Part shown: in pieces, positions 12,390-25,645 of the stretch
Position numbering within the stretch: the stretch's first letter is position 1
How the letters are laid out: every line of letters starts with the position of its first letter
Origin: Paraphysomonas bandaiensis
Taxonomy: Eukaryota > Protista > Chrysophyceae
Direction: 5' to 3'
NCBI GenBank assembly: GCA_965644295.1
Contig: CBFFRP010000198.1
Coordinates: 6,568 to 70,567, forward strand
DNA length: 64,000 nucleotides
Made by a program: the position numbers and the translations under genes
The notes under the pieces: model-generated
The model's database searches: none
What the model was told of the DNA's origin: nothing
What the model saw: only the letters and a program-made list of their open reading frames with translations

Positions 12390-14106
12390 TTAGAAGGATG
12401 AAAAATGACACTCCCGATTGATGTTCCTCTGCAACATAAACACGGATCTCAAAATGTCATCTTCCGTGAATAGCCCTGTAGATGGAGACAGCGAGCTATT
12501 CACATAATTCGTAATCAATTGCCATCTGGTTAAATTGATATGACTATAGGTCTGTCCCGGAGGGTATCTATAAAGGGCGGCTTCAAGGGCATTGATTTCT
12601 TCCTCCGTCCAGTTCTGAGAGTACCACCGTTCTGCTGTTTCGGTATCAATACTTAACCCTGCTGTTTTTCGTCTCTGATCTATTGCTTTGAACAAGCGTA
12701 TATCTTCCTCTTGATTCTCTAGCACTTTATTGGATGACTCCAGCAGTTGAAAAACCTGCTCTATGCCCTCCTTTTGAAAGAGAGTAGGGTCTTTAGTGGC
12801 TGCCTCTCCGCCTAGGGCAGTATTGACAATATGCAACGACTCCACGCTACTATGTGAGCACAAAATCTCCACTTGTTTATCAGAAAGCACACCATATTCA
12901 CCCTGGGATTCAGCCACTAATTTGTCGCCATCTCCCTATACAACGTCCTCCATTAAATAAGTCGATTATTCACCACACATGGGGTACATACAATTTATTG
13001 ATGAAAGCAACACAGCAAGTCGGACACATATATACAAAACCAATGAAATTTTACCTCATCAACAATACAAGATGCAGATAGTCTCATTAGCTTACGAAAT
13101 ATATTTCGGACTTTGCTTTGTGCTTTTCGGGCCTTTTCTTTTTCCGCCTTGGTGGGTTTTCCCTCCGAGTTATTCGCGACATCTACTGTGCTCTTGCAAG
13201 TCTGCTCTATCATATTTGCCCACTGACGAGCAGCTGCAATTTCCTCTTCTAGTTTTTCCTTATTTAAGTTTGTCGTATTGTCCGAATTGTCTTGATATTT
13301 CGCACGACGAGCTTGCTTCTTGGCCTCCTTCCGTGCAGCTTTCACAGCATTTCTTGCTGCCTGCAGACGGTCATCAAGTCTGTCTAAATGGTCCACTAAC
13401 TCAAGTACCACTCTAGTATATGTCCCTTGAGCATACTTGCGTCTCCTTTTATTTTCATTTCTCAGGTCGACTTCTCCGAAAAGGAATGGCATATCAGTTT
13501 CATCCAGGTCCACCCACTCAAAGGAAAGACGAGTGGAAAACGAGCGCCAATAATCATAAAATTGAAGGACCTCTTCGTGAGAGCTCTGGGATGTACCAAA
13601 AGAAGGTGGTCTCACATAACCTTTAGTACTTCGTGACTTACTTGTTGATGAAACTTCTATAGCATCTCGTTCATAAGAGTCAAGACGTTCAAAGAGATTA
13701 CGATATACGGTATAAAAACCATTTGGACTATCATCATATCCGTTATAGCATCCAGGATAAAAGTATCGATATAAATCAGCTGCATGCATTTGTCCATTCG
13801 TATCATCTGACTCCATAGTACTATCCCCTCGTAATATAGCATCTCTATTACTATCATAATACTGTCTTTGTTGTGGATCTTTTAATATAGAATATGCTGA
13901 ATTTATTGCTTTAAAATTTTCAGTTGCTTCATTTTCATTTCCATGATTTCTATCTATATAATATTCTTATTAATATATGCATATATAGATAATCATGACA
14001 GTCATCTACCTGGATGCCATATTAAGGCTAATTTCTTATATTGTTGTTTAATTTCATCATCTGATGCTGATGAAGATACTTCAAGAATATCATAATAACA
14101 TTTCAT
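12390..14106 (-). CDS. DnaJ/Hsp40 co-chaperone of the zuotin-homology group (J domain, ZHD, charged/RAC-head-like region, SANT)
   Basis: Exons 14106-14010, 13953-13055, 12935-12390. [19 protein letters not shown]|DRN with HPD across the intron; [25 protein letters not shown]; C-terminal [26 protein letters not shown]/Myb motif. Confidence 0.88.
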
Positions 14107-14204
14107 ATTTATATTTAGTAATGAATACTTTTTAATTCAGATTATTATGAATGATGTATGTATGTATGTATGATGGACAAGAGATTGAATGTGTACATCT
14201 AACA

Positions 14205-14365
14205 TGCCGTATAGGCAGTCAGCATTATATTTTTCGGGAATAAATTGAATCAAAATTTCTCTATATTACTGCAATACAACTACAGCTAGAATACAGATAA
14301 TTATTGTCTCAATATTTGAGGCATTTTTGAACGAACAAAAATATACATACGATGCTGATACGGCA
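14205..14365. repeat. ~150-bp dispersed repeat copy
   Basis: ttttcgggaataaattgaa..aatacaactacagctagaatacagataattattgtctcaatatttgaggcatttttgaac. Confidence 0.8.
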
Positions 14366-15470
14366 TACTGCTTCTATAGGCACTAATTTTATGGCCATCA
14401 ACTACTACAACTAGATTTGCATAATAGCGAATAGTTTCCGATTAAAGGTATATCATTGGTTAAAATTATGAAAGAAGTAATGTCCACTGAAAGTGCATTG
14501 AAAAGTCATTCAGTTCATAAAATATATCATTTTTATATATTTATAGAAATATAAACATATAAATTAGAATTTTATAAAATATCTCTAATTTTCTGGTGAT
14601 GTCACATATAGATAATGCAAGATCGTCTCACTGTGAATGTAACGATATTAAGTGAGTGGTATATATGTTACAGATCCATTATTAGAACTGGATGATGCAA
14701 TCACAGACAGTGCTGTAGATTACATGTTGCTTTCTACCATGTACATCATGTGATGTAATAATCCACATATCATAAGCTATATAGGGAGAGGTGTATATAT
14801 GTATACATATATTTGGAGGTGTTTATATATATATAGAGAGAGATGTGTATATATACAGGTTTCATATTGACATATATGTACTGCTGGTTCATGACACTTG
14901 GTCAGTACATACATGCTAACAGTTTTCTAACTAATCTGTGTACGATTACATGCACAATACTTATCACACACGTCGCCAGTTGCACGAGCTTGACCATATG
15001 AAGTATATATAAAGTTGAGATAGCGTAGCGCTTTTGTTGCTTTGTCGTAAGTTTTTCATGCTACTTACCAAACACACTTCACACGATGGCACCCTATTAC
15101 AAGCTCTTTCATCATATAAAATTAGTGTGAAACAATTCCGAGCACTCAATACGTTAAAACCTTTGGTCGGTGTGCTACTTTTTTACGTATAAGGTGTATA
15201 ATTCTAGGGCAGATTGTAGGCGAGCTAATTTCCCAACAGTACTCGTTCTATATTCTATACAACTAGCGATACAGAGCTACATAGCATATAGGCTAGCTTT
15301 TCAGTACGCGGATGTAGTGAACAAGCTACAATTCTCAGAGAAGTAGGTTGAGTCGCTCCGTAATCCATAGTATGATGTATGCTGGCTACTACAAATCTAC
15401 GAATACCGAGCAGTGCATCATACATCATATGCTACAGGAGTAACTTTACTACTTGATCATTCCTTATTAT

Positions 15471-16539
15471 TTAATCACCCCCCCCTCTGATCAATGCAGT
15501 ATAGTACAGGCATTTGTAATCATCTAGTTCGGTGTACTGCATGGAATATATCCGAATTTTTTGTTGCTTTTCACACTCCTCCAGTTGGTTAGCAAGTCCG
15601 TTCTTCCATACCTTTGCTGGGGCACCTGTATACAAGCAGTATGAGCCGAAGAATTCATTTATACTGGCTATAATTAATGCCTACATCATCAGAAATACAT
15701 GGAGAAGAAACACGGGAAAGTTACAAGTGCAACTGTATTCACGACAGGCCAAACACACACGTACCCATTACGCAAAAGCCATCTTCATTCAGGATTCGGG
15801 ATATCTCATGGGCTGAGACTACCGGGGAGTTTACGTCGCGCTCGGGATGAGGAAGAGATATTATAAGCTGGAATTCGTGGTAACTATCGAACAAACAAAT
15901 GGTTAGTCGCAGGGTTTCAAAATATAACTAAGATTTCAACATCAAGGGACTTACTTGCAGGGTAGAGAAGCCGATAAATCAACAAGTTGAACAGAATCCT
16001 GGTACTGAGGCATCACACTGAACAAAACAAAGTCATTAGATATGGCCTAGCGCACTAAAATCTCAGGTAGAGTAACCTTGTTTCCTTATAAGCGGACTCG
16101 CTATCTGTTAGCCCTGCGATGCTATATTTCGATTTCTACGACACACAACATAACAATACGTTCACTCATCAAATCATCCTACCTCTCCAAATCCAAGTAC
16201 AAAATCTTTATGACAATACAAATGTAATGTTTTATTGAATGTTTGTTCAGAGACTTCTTTTACAAGATCATGCGTACGTTGCAATACAAGATCCCATCCT
16301 TTAATATTTGGATCTTCATCACCATCAGGATCAGGATCACCTTGTCTGATACTATCATAATCTGTATCATCGATTATACCATTAGATAATTGCATATAAT
16401 CATCTGATATATTGCAAAATAATCGATTGGTTGATGTATTATGTGTTGCTTTGTATTTGATTGTATGATGTAATGTAGAGAGTGAACTGTTAGTTCCTCG
16501 TAGACAAAAACGTGTAAATCTTATTGTAGATGCAATCAT
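15471..16539 (-). CDS. Hypothetical spliced protein, possible mitochondrial presequence and degenerate class I methyltransferase-like fold
   Basis: Five exons join in frame at GT-AG to a TAA at 15471; R/S/T-rich acid-free N-terminus; HEISRILNEDGFCVMG resembles the ExxRvLkpgG motif of SAM-dependent methyltransferases; no clear GxGxG motif I. Confidence 0.6.
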
Positions 16540-17108
16540 TTGATAGTGTTATGATACTTTGTGGTAATTATGGTATATGTTTCTGTTTAAGTGTTGAGTA
16601 AGTTAAGTTAGTATATATGTGTTCGTACTGTTGTGTATTTGTACTGGTTTACATGTATACAGGTACATATATACGTACAATAATATGATAAATATTCGTA
16701 CTGGTGTATAGATATATGTACAAGAGTACACACCAGTGCATATACACTATGTACAGGAGTATACAGCAGTACATATATAGTATGTGCCTATGAATGGTAG
16801 GAAAAGATGGTGCTCAAAACTAAAATACTCTATAAAAAGCGGGGTTTCGTTACTAAATACTGAAGAATTCCAGTTTTAAACTGTTAAAATACTGTGTTTT
16901 TCCATGATAAGTAGAGAAAAACTGCGATAAATATCAGTGTCCATAAAATCCAGGCTTGCAGTAAGTAACTGTATGTACAAGGGATGGTGCTGTACAATTA
17001 CAGTAACCATAAGACGAGTATCACTGAATCATTCTTATCAACTATTACACTAATCCATCTATATGTCTATATATTTCTAATTGTATTTGATTATTAAACT
17101 ACTTTACA

Positions 17109-17342
17109 ATGCCTGTTTTCTCTCATAAAATTGATGATGCTATACAAGGAGGTATATGTGGTGTTATATTTTGGACACCTACATTTTATTTATTGGGTAA
17201 AACAGGACGAAGAGAGTTTTATATGTATAGAAACAAAAGATTCCTTATGGTTGCCGGTGTATTGTGTTTTATAGGTGGGGGATATCTTGGGATAATATCT
17301 GGTAAAATGGAGAAAATTCAAATTAATGAACAAATTCGATGA
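17109..17342 (+). CDS. Small two-TM membrane protein (77 aa)
   Basis: ATG-started ORF with two glycine-rich hydrophobic segments; AT-rich codons like 5' ends of neighbouring host genes; divergent from gene at 16539. Confidence 0.5.
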   Translation: MPVFSHKIDDAIQGGICGVIFWTPTFYLLGKTGRREFYMYRNKRFLMVAGVLCFIGGGYLGIISGKMEKIQINEQIR

Positions 17343-18167
17343 ATAGAATAATAAATTAGTGGTATTAATGTTTTATATAATTCAATCTTACTTATATTTT
17401 ATTTAAATATATTGAAATGGGGAAACTGAAACAATTTCTAAACTGCGTACAATACACATGTACTCAGTTATTTGATAGATACTTCGTCGTCAGCGCACAG
17501 TGTGCATGAAAGTTTATTCACGCAAGAAGCGGTTGAATTATTGTGGCCGAATCATTCTATATCTGTCTATATTGAGCTGTCTTAGAATTTTGGAGATATA
17601 TTTTTTAAATCTTTAGAATATCTGGGGCCCACCGATGTATGTCAAGTGTGTGGATTAAGAACTACAATGGTCTCTTGGAAGTGAATATCTGAAGATACAG
17701 CTTTGTGTGGTACGAAACAATTTTAGACTTTCGTAGCACCGTGATACAAGGTACCCCATACCGAGAGCGTGTCAGTGTTGATATAACTAAGTAGCGTTCA
17801 GATTGTTAAGGAAATCCCGGCGTATTCTTCGTGTGTCGACACCAAGCAAACCCAGCTAGAGCTACACTATACTTGCATACCCATATGGGATTAAGAGATA
17901 CCGCGCGCATTTTAGGGGAGGGGGCTCGGCTAATATCACGCTAGGCCTATAATCTATAATGGGCTATGCATGATCACGAGAAGCTCCGCGTAATCTTTGT
18001 TAGTTGACACGAAGGTAAACATGGCCCTACTAGCCTACTAGAACCTGCACGAATTACATACATAGGTCTTGCAAAGCTATGGCAAATCCCACGTAATCTT
18101 AGCGAAGGTGAACATGGGTGGGCGGCAACAGCATCTGCGAGTGATCTATGCTACAGTTACGTTGGTT

Positions 18168-18505
18168 CGCGGGCAGGCGGGTGGCAGAATCAGCGCAAAA
18201 TCTTGGTGTTATATATGTTGTACCATCAAGCCGACTACATTATGGCCACACTGCCGGAATGGGGCACATTTGACAGATCTATCTTTGAGAAACATATAAT
18301 GGTATATGTATATTAATAGAAGTACTATATATACATGTGTGGAGTACTGTTTGAGCTGGCGATATATAAAAACTAGAAAACAACATCAAAAATAGGCTTT
18401 TTCTTATTTTTCTGTGCATGGACTTATATTTTGTACCCTACGTAATACTGTTTGCAATATATTGTAAGCTACTTCAATAGAAACAATATTGAAGGAATTC
18501 TTTGC
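18168..18505. mobile_element. hAT-family subterminal fragment
   Basis: Close match to 35614-35880 and partly to reverse complement of ~3170-3345. Confidence 0.6.
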
Positions 18506-19276
18506 TCCATTCTGAGCGCGTACTTAGCTAGATCCGGGTGGGTACCTCAATAATACATGATTAACAGCGCCAGGTAAAGGGATATATTACTCAACCTAGT
18601 CAATTTGGTGGACTTTCCTAGTCACTCCAAAATTGGTGTAATAACCTAGTCAAAGCAATAAATGACTCAACCTAGCCAATTATAGTATTGAATCTAGTCA
18701 TGAATTGTACTCGCATATAGCTACGAATTACAGAAGCATGAGGTCATAGAAGGTGAATTAAAATCAATACAACATAGATCAGGCGAACACAAAGCTAAAG
18801 AGCAGTAATATAGTAAGATATAACAGCATGGGCAGGACTCCATCGCTCTCTCCAATGCTCAAGTAGGCTTTTGTACACCATTCTTTCTCAACACAATCTC
18901 CATAGATGTCCTTCAGTCGCCTTCAGAAACATTGATGAAACCTTGTACTCTGGGGGGGTCTATCAGCATCACTTAGTTTAATAATATAACTATGAATTAT
19001 CATGCACAAGTGTGACAACAACACGCTACAACCTCTCACACACCAAACTACATACTGAAAACGACTGGTTTGGAAACCAAATCGCATCTTGAAAAGATTT
19101 GCAGTTTGCTGGATGCTTCACAGCTGAAACATTCTGACTGTACAAGATACTTGCTCCATACCATACGAAGTATTAGTGGTTTAGAGGAGAGCATATAAAC
19201 AACCATTCTAAGATTAAGTAATCTGATGTATTATAATAGCAATAATATACATATATCTATATATATATCCTTACCA

Positions 19277-22200
19277 ATGGATTCTATGAGTCAGTGCTCA
19301 GGGGACGAAGTGTTGGTTAACGAGGTTGTTGACAGAACTCCGGATACATCTTCGGATCTTCCAAGTTCTTTGGAAAAGCGGCCGTATTTATTATCTTCAG
19401 ACGAAGATACTGGGGATAATGATGACGACAGTGATTTCGATGAGTTGTCGAATATCCCGCTTTTTACGCCGACAAAGAAAAAAAGGGGTTTTGAGTGGAG
19501 AAAAATACAACAATCTCAGAAAAACACCCTCGAGCAAATTGTGAAGGGTCATTCCTGGTACAGTCCCCTGAGGAATGGGGTGGTGAAGAAGTGTGTTATG
19601 CACCAAGACTGTGAGCACTTTGTGAAAGTGCTCAAGACAGGAGAAGTGTACGAGCGAGGTGTACATAGTACACTCGTCAATGTAAACGTCCCCAAGTCGA
19701 GGGGAATATCTCCTCAAATCATTGACGAGGTCGATGAGAAAATCCGCGAAGGTTTCATGCCGACATACATTTCCAACTTTTACAAAAGCCACTCGGAGTA
19801 CCGAAACGTTGCTCCCACTGTTCACCAAGTATCGAATCGAAAGAAATTTCTACATAAAAGCACTTTAAAAGTGGACTCAGTGAAGGAGCTGCAGTCCTAT
19901 CTGCAGTCCAAGACTGTAAGTATACACTTTACTGATATTATATACTTCACCTAGACTTATGTTATCAACGTACAGGTACCTATTGCAGGACTTACGTGCC
20001 GTGATATTGTGAACTGTCCGGAAGAAAAGAGCGCAGATATGCTGGTGCTAAAAACTTTCCCCAGCAGGAAAGTCAGGATGACGATGGCAACCCTGTAGTA
20101 TGTGATGGCTGGATATTTTCCAGCTATCATGAGCTCGATAATTTTATCGCTGTACTCAAGGCATACAAGGAGACAGGTCTGTGCCTTTCCGTAGATTCCA
20201 CGTATAAGGTGACGAATAATGGGTGGACATTGACTGCCCTAATTGCCGACAACCTCATCTATTAAGTTTAACAACACACTCGCAAACTCTGGGCTTATTG
20301 TTCGTGTCTTTATATATCTGCTGAATGGTGACCCTGTCTCATATAATACCATTAGTTTATTATCTAATAGCTTCATTACATTTATTTGTAGTTTGTAAAA
20401 CTTTTTATAGTTCTTTTTAATTGTCATTATTATATAATATACTATTATATTATATTATATTTTATACTATTGTGACATAGAACCACGTGTGGAGGTAAGT
20501 ATACCTAAAGTACTCATACCTTTAATGTATTTAACATATATATGTATATGACAGAACATCATTTGACTAGAAAACCTGTCCCATTATTCCACGCCTGCAG
20601 TAGAGGGGAAGCTCGTCCGTTATTTGTGGCCCTATTCACCGTGGTGAAAGAGGTAGCAAAGCAGCTTGGGTACCCAAGTACCCGAATTCGATGCTGCGGG
20701 ATGGACCACTGCAAGGTGCAATGGAACTCAGGTTGGGACCTGAGAGCCAAACTCTAAATAAGCTAAAACTCGCTTTAACAGAGAGAATGCTGCTTATTAT
20801 TAACCTATACTACTTCTGCAGTACTAAATGCTTCTCGGCACCCCAAGAAACTAAAGCACAACTCACCAGCTATGCAGTTCAGTACTAAACAGAAAAGTGA
20901 CGAGCTACAACAACCAACAAAGAGAGAACAAGCTTAACTAAAAAGAATGACGATGCGCTTGGGCGTTGACAGCCACACAGTGACTAAATCCAAATTTTCT
21001 GCGAAGGAGTGACGATATTTATGAATATTCTTGGAGAATTCTTCCTCTTCATACTCTACACATTAATGTATGGACTCTGCCGTATACGCTCTGAACTGCT
21101 GCTCATCTAAACAATATTGAGCACTCGACCAATCAGCATTGAGAATAGGGAAAGCATTGGCTCAGTATTCACTTCCTGTATTTATACAGTGTAGGGTACA
21201 GTATACTGACACCGTATACCTACGAGTGATATAGACGCATACATACGATAGAGGAATACTGCAAATACATCATATACAGTGTATACGGTATACAGTGCGG
21301 TTGCTGAGAGGAGATGCTGCTCGCTCCTAACTGCCATCTTAATGTGATTGCAGCACACATACCGAACATACTTGTAAGCGAGCAGATTATCGTGAAAATT
21401 GAACAATATGTCCAGAGATGCATTACCATTGTACTCGCTAAAGACCACTGCTTCTTCAATTGCCGATATAGAGTACGAGGCGATATAGTATATTGACTGT
21501 GCAGCATCAGTACGAGGGTCCACACAGTGTGATGATCAAATGGAAGGTACCGTAAAATCATGTAATCAGTACGTACAGTCATGACAGGTGATATATAGGT
21601 CCTTCTCCCAGACAGAGACGGTCTATGGCAACCCTTAGTCACCATTGATTGGAAATGGATATATGCACCACACAGAGGCACATAATAACGGTAAAGAAGC
21701 CGCAGACGCATCAACTGACTGCAGGAAAAGCACGTATACACTGTTTACGTACTATAGGTGATTGTAGAAGCTACATATGTGCATTTACAGGCCACTGGTT
21801 GAATATAGAGCCATGTACACATATATACCATATATTAGGGTAAGGATACAACATATATATATATTCTGTAGAAGGGTCACAACCTATACATATATGTGTG
21901 GGTGAAAGAGAGAAACTAGGTTAGTATGTACGCATATATATATGTATACATCCAAACTGTAATAATAATAACTCTTCAAAAGAATTATATATCACAGCCC
22001 AGCATATAGAATAGAAGATAGTGCTGATGATTATAAACCTGCTTTAAACCTGCACAGGTTTACAAAGGCGTCCCTCAATGGACTTCTTGATGTAGAACCT
22101 TCTGCCACGGCTGTGGACTGCAACATTCATGGCTAAGAACAAGCACAGGCTTGTAAATAAGTTATATTTAGATACAGCGATTGGTCATGCCAAGGTAACG

Positions 22201-22345
22201 GGATATGTATACACTGTATGCATTATATTTAATAATATTAAACGTTTACGATGTACAGATGCTACGTGCCATATCCGAAAGGAGAATATTTATACTAATG
22301 CGTGATGCCGTTGTTAGAGAGTGGCGAAGTAATGGTGCAGAGGAC
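19277..22345 (+). mobile_element. Mutator/MULE transposase pseudogene (introns, frameshifts, insertions)
   Basis: C..C..H zinc-finger-like N-terminus; LSVDSTYKVTNNGWTL (first D), CGMDHCK (second D) continuing after removal of 20717-22064 as ASLNGLLDVEPSATAVDCNIH (CxxH motif). Short cctagtca repeats at ~18590-18700 may be subterminal. Confidence 0.8.
20717..22064. mobile_element. Probable solo LTR (~1.35 kb)
   Basis: TGCAA...TTACA termini; 4-bp TSD AAGG (20713-16, 22065-68); removing it restores MULE frame TGC AAG GCG TCC. Confidence 0.75.
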
Positions 22346-24007
22346 TCCTGACCGCTCAAATCGGGGCGCATCTTCAACAGGTGGGGCAGATCGAAATCCC
22401 AGAACTGAAAAACGACCTCGAAAAAAACGGCACATTGTTAACGTTGGTGTCCTCGGCGATGTCTCGTTGCTTTTTGATTCCTCCAACAGCACAATTAAAG
22501 AGCCACAGATGCTGGCAGAAGCAAAGAAGACTCCACAGAGAACATACTGGATTGAAGCTACCAGGAAGGAGGTGCACAAACTTGAACGAAGGACATGCTG
22601 GAAGATTGTCCGAAGGCCGAAACACCGAAAAATCATAAAATCTAAATTGGTCTTTAAAGTAAAGCGCGACCATCTTGGAAAAATTAAGGAGTTCAAAGTT
22701 AAAAGGGTTTACTCAAGAACAAGGAGTCGACTATAATGAGACATTCTCCCCAGCCAGTAGCTAAAAAGGTGTATCATTTAGGCTAGCACTGGCACTGGCT
22801 CTGCGATACAATCTGCAACTCCGTCAACTCGATGTAGAAACTGCATTTCCGTATGCGGATCTGGACGAAGACGTGTTTATGTCTCCACCTGCAGGAATAG
22901 ATATTCCACAAGGATGTTGTTTGAAGATTCTGAAGAGTTTGTATGGCCTAAAACAAGCGCCTCGAAATTGGCACTCGATGCTAAAGGACAGTATCAAGGC
23001 GATGGGGTATAAGCAATGTATACTTGACCCATGTTTATTTGTACTCAAGGGTACTAATAATAACCTACATATGATACTTGTGTATGTAGATGATATCATT
23101 GTGCTAAGTCCTGACAGCCGTCATATTGAAAAAGTCATCAGCGCATTTAAGACTCAGTATGCCATGCAAGATATGGGTGACCTTAAGCATTATTTAGGTC
23201 TTACCATTGAGCGTCATAATAATGGCCAGATTAAGTTACATCAGTCTGCATATGCTAAGGATGTTGTGGTTAGATTCAATCACTTGTTGTCAGAAAAGAA
23301 GAGACGGTGCAAGGCAACCACACCTCTACCACCTGGCCTAAAGTTGTCCAAGGATGCAAAAGAGGAAGAAACTCGAAAACAGAGAGAATACGTTGATGCA
23401 TTTCCCTATCAATCTGTTATTGGTGCCCTAATGTATTTGGCAGTGCATACTAGACCAGACATGGCATATACAGTAAATCTTCTCTCCCGGTTCACCACAA
23501 GACCCACGTACGCTGCATGTCAAGCTGCTCTGCATACTTTATTGTATTTAGAAAATACAGTTGATCAAGGTATCATATTTCCTAATTTCACAGATGAAGA
23601 CCCTCTATGTGTATACTCTGATGCAGATTGGGCCGGAGATCTGGATACATGCAGATTCACTACAGGGTATATCGTATATCTGTGGGGTGCTCCAATTGCA
23701 TGGCAGTCCAGATTGCAGCCAACAGTGGCTACGTCGACTATGGAAGCTGAATATATGGCTGCATATGCTGCAATTCAGGAGATTGTATGGATACGAGGGG
23801 TGATGACAGAGCTCGGAATTCGTGGATTTGAGCTCAGTAAGAATGCGTCTCCAACAATCTTGAATATGGACAGCAAGAGTGCGATTGATCTAGCTCAGAA
23901 CCCAGTAAATCATAAACGTTCCAAGCATATTCGGATCAAGTATCATTGGATTCGAGAGCAAGTGGGAGACTGTATCGTCAGGCTGAATCATGTGCCAACG
24001 GCAGATA
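22345..24007 (+). mobile_element. Ty1/Copia pol fragment (RT + RNase H), frameshifted and truncated
   Basis: KEP..AEA..W, QLDVETAF, KSLYGLKQAPRNW, VYVDD, YSDADWAGD, STMEAEY, MDSKSAI, HKRSKHI; deletion in the KARLVAKG region; stops at HVPTAD where the 2.2-kb LTR begins. Confidence 0.93.
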
Positions 24008-24317
24008 TATTGAATGTCTGATTATTTAGCAATAGGCGTTGAAAGCCTGCACCAATTAGTGGCTAGAAGAATGCTAGTCATACTAGTTAGACTACTACCC
24101 GTAACTAATCAATACAAACTCTTTTATCCTACTATTTAACGCTACAGAAGCTGCTTGTGCGTCGCCGCAAGCACCAAGGTGCAACCACTTCCGTTCTTAG
24201 TGTGTGTTATGAGGCTCGCCATGATCGTGTGTCCTGGGACTCACCGGCGCGTGTGATCTGGATGTCTCCTCTTGGGATGAGACTCCACTCGCTATATGAT
24301 AGATAGCCTTTTGTACC

Positions 24318-25645
24318 TCACGGGGACTGACTTATTAGCCTTATGGCAGTTAGGGGAAACAGTAATATGCCCTTCTGAGATTGGCGATCTGGTGGCCTTC
24401 CTTTAGGCATTGTTCCAAGTGGCTCGGAGGTATGTGGATGAAGGTCTTGCAAAAGGTTATGGCCTACTGTGAAGAAGCGTCGAAATCGGCTCTTTTGCTG
24501 TCTTAGCCAGCGGTAGAGAACACATGCAAGAGGGTGTATAGCTGTACAGGGGTGGGATGTGAGGGTCATCCGGTGTGTCCAGCTACAGGGAGTCGAGAGG
24601 GAGTGTGATGGTGCAAGAGAGGCAACATCTGATTGAGGAGAGTGAGACTGCGCAACAGAACAAGAGTCACTGAGGTCGAGTACTCTGATAGACCTATGCA
24701 CGAGATGATCGTGATGATGATGATGGTCTGGAGGAGACACTCGGACGTCCTCAGCTGCCCTTGTTAGTGTCTGTGTTGGTGCAGGGGGTACAGACTGAGG
24801 CATAGAGAGTGTGTGTAAGGAAGATGACGGCAAGGTATCAGAGACGAAGGGAGAGGCGATAGTTTGTCTGGGGGTTTTCTAGGAGGAGGTAGAGTGTACT
24901 GTGTGTGTGTATGACACTGCAGTGGTGTTATGAGTGTGTTGGACAGAGAGAGAGAGCTGGTGATGTGTCCAACAGTACAGGTAGACAGGTACATGGACAT
25001 GGTGATGTGTCCAACAGTACAGGTAGACAGGTACATGGACATGGTGATGTGTCCAACAGCAGTAGAGGTATACACGGAATGGTATACATCCTGTAGGACA
25101 CAGTAGTACAGTAGTCGAGTATACCGTATGCGGAATACAGTGTCTATCCAATGAGATGGATGGGCTGTGGGGGTGATAGGTGAACAGGGTGAGGGGGTAG
25201 CCTGCTGGGTGGATGGACCACAGACAAACCATGTTGGGTTGGGTTGAGTGGGCGGCAGAAGGCAGCCCTGTTGCACAGTTGAGAGGGATCGAGAGTATTC
25301 AGTGATTGCATAGGGGGTCCATGGGGGTCGTTTTCGTGAGCCTGCTCGCACGAGCCATGTTCTGAGAGGTTGTAGCCGTAGAAAGCGATGGGTGAGACGA
25401 AGTTGTCTGCTGAGGGGATAGCACATAGGTGCGGTCAGCGCTGCATTGGTGCAGGCACGTGGTTTAACTGAAGTAGTTGAGTAGGTTGAAGGTTGCAAGG
25501 CCAGGCAGGGGGGCTTGGAGCGTGTACAACATGGTGTGACAGGTAATTTGTCGGAAGCGTGGTGGTCAACAAAATGCAGCAGTAAGGGAGTGTAAAAGGC
25601 CCTGGGCACACTGATGTGACTCAGCCACGGTCTCAATAGAGACAT
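24318..25645 (-). pseudogene. Antisense LTR ORF, copy 1, split by a 1-bp difference in a G run
   Basis: 293-aa + 171-aa ORFs correspond to the 442-aa ORF at 56437-57765; G5 here (~24784) versus G6 in copy 2. Confidence 0.45.
24959..25059. repeat. 42-bp tandem repeat (2.4 copies) inside the LTR; also at 57079-57179
   Basis: ggtgatgtgtccaacagtacaggtagacaggtacatggacat; length is a multiple of 3. Confidence 0.9.

Noticed and set aside
25241-25430. DGR-like template/variable repeat pair with 57361-57550
   Set aside because: Substitutions are not adenine-specific on either strand and no DGR-type RT is present.
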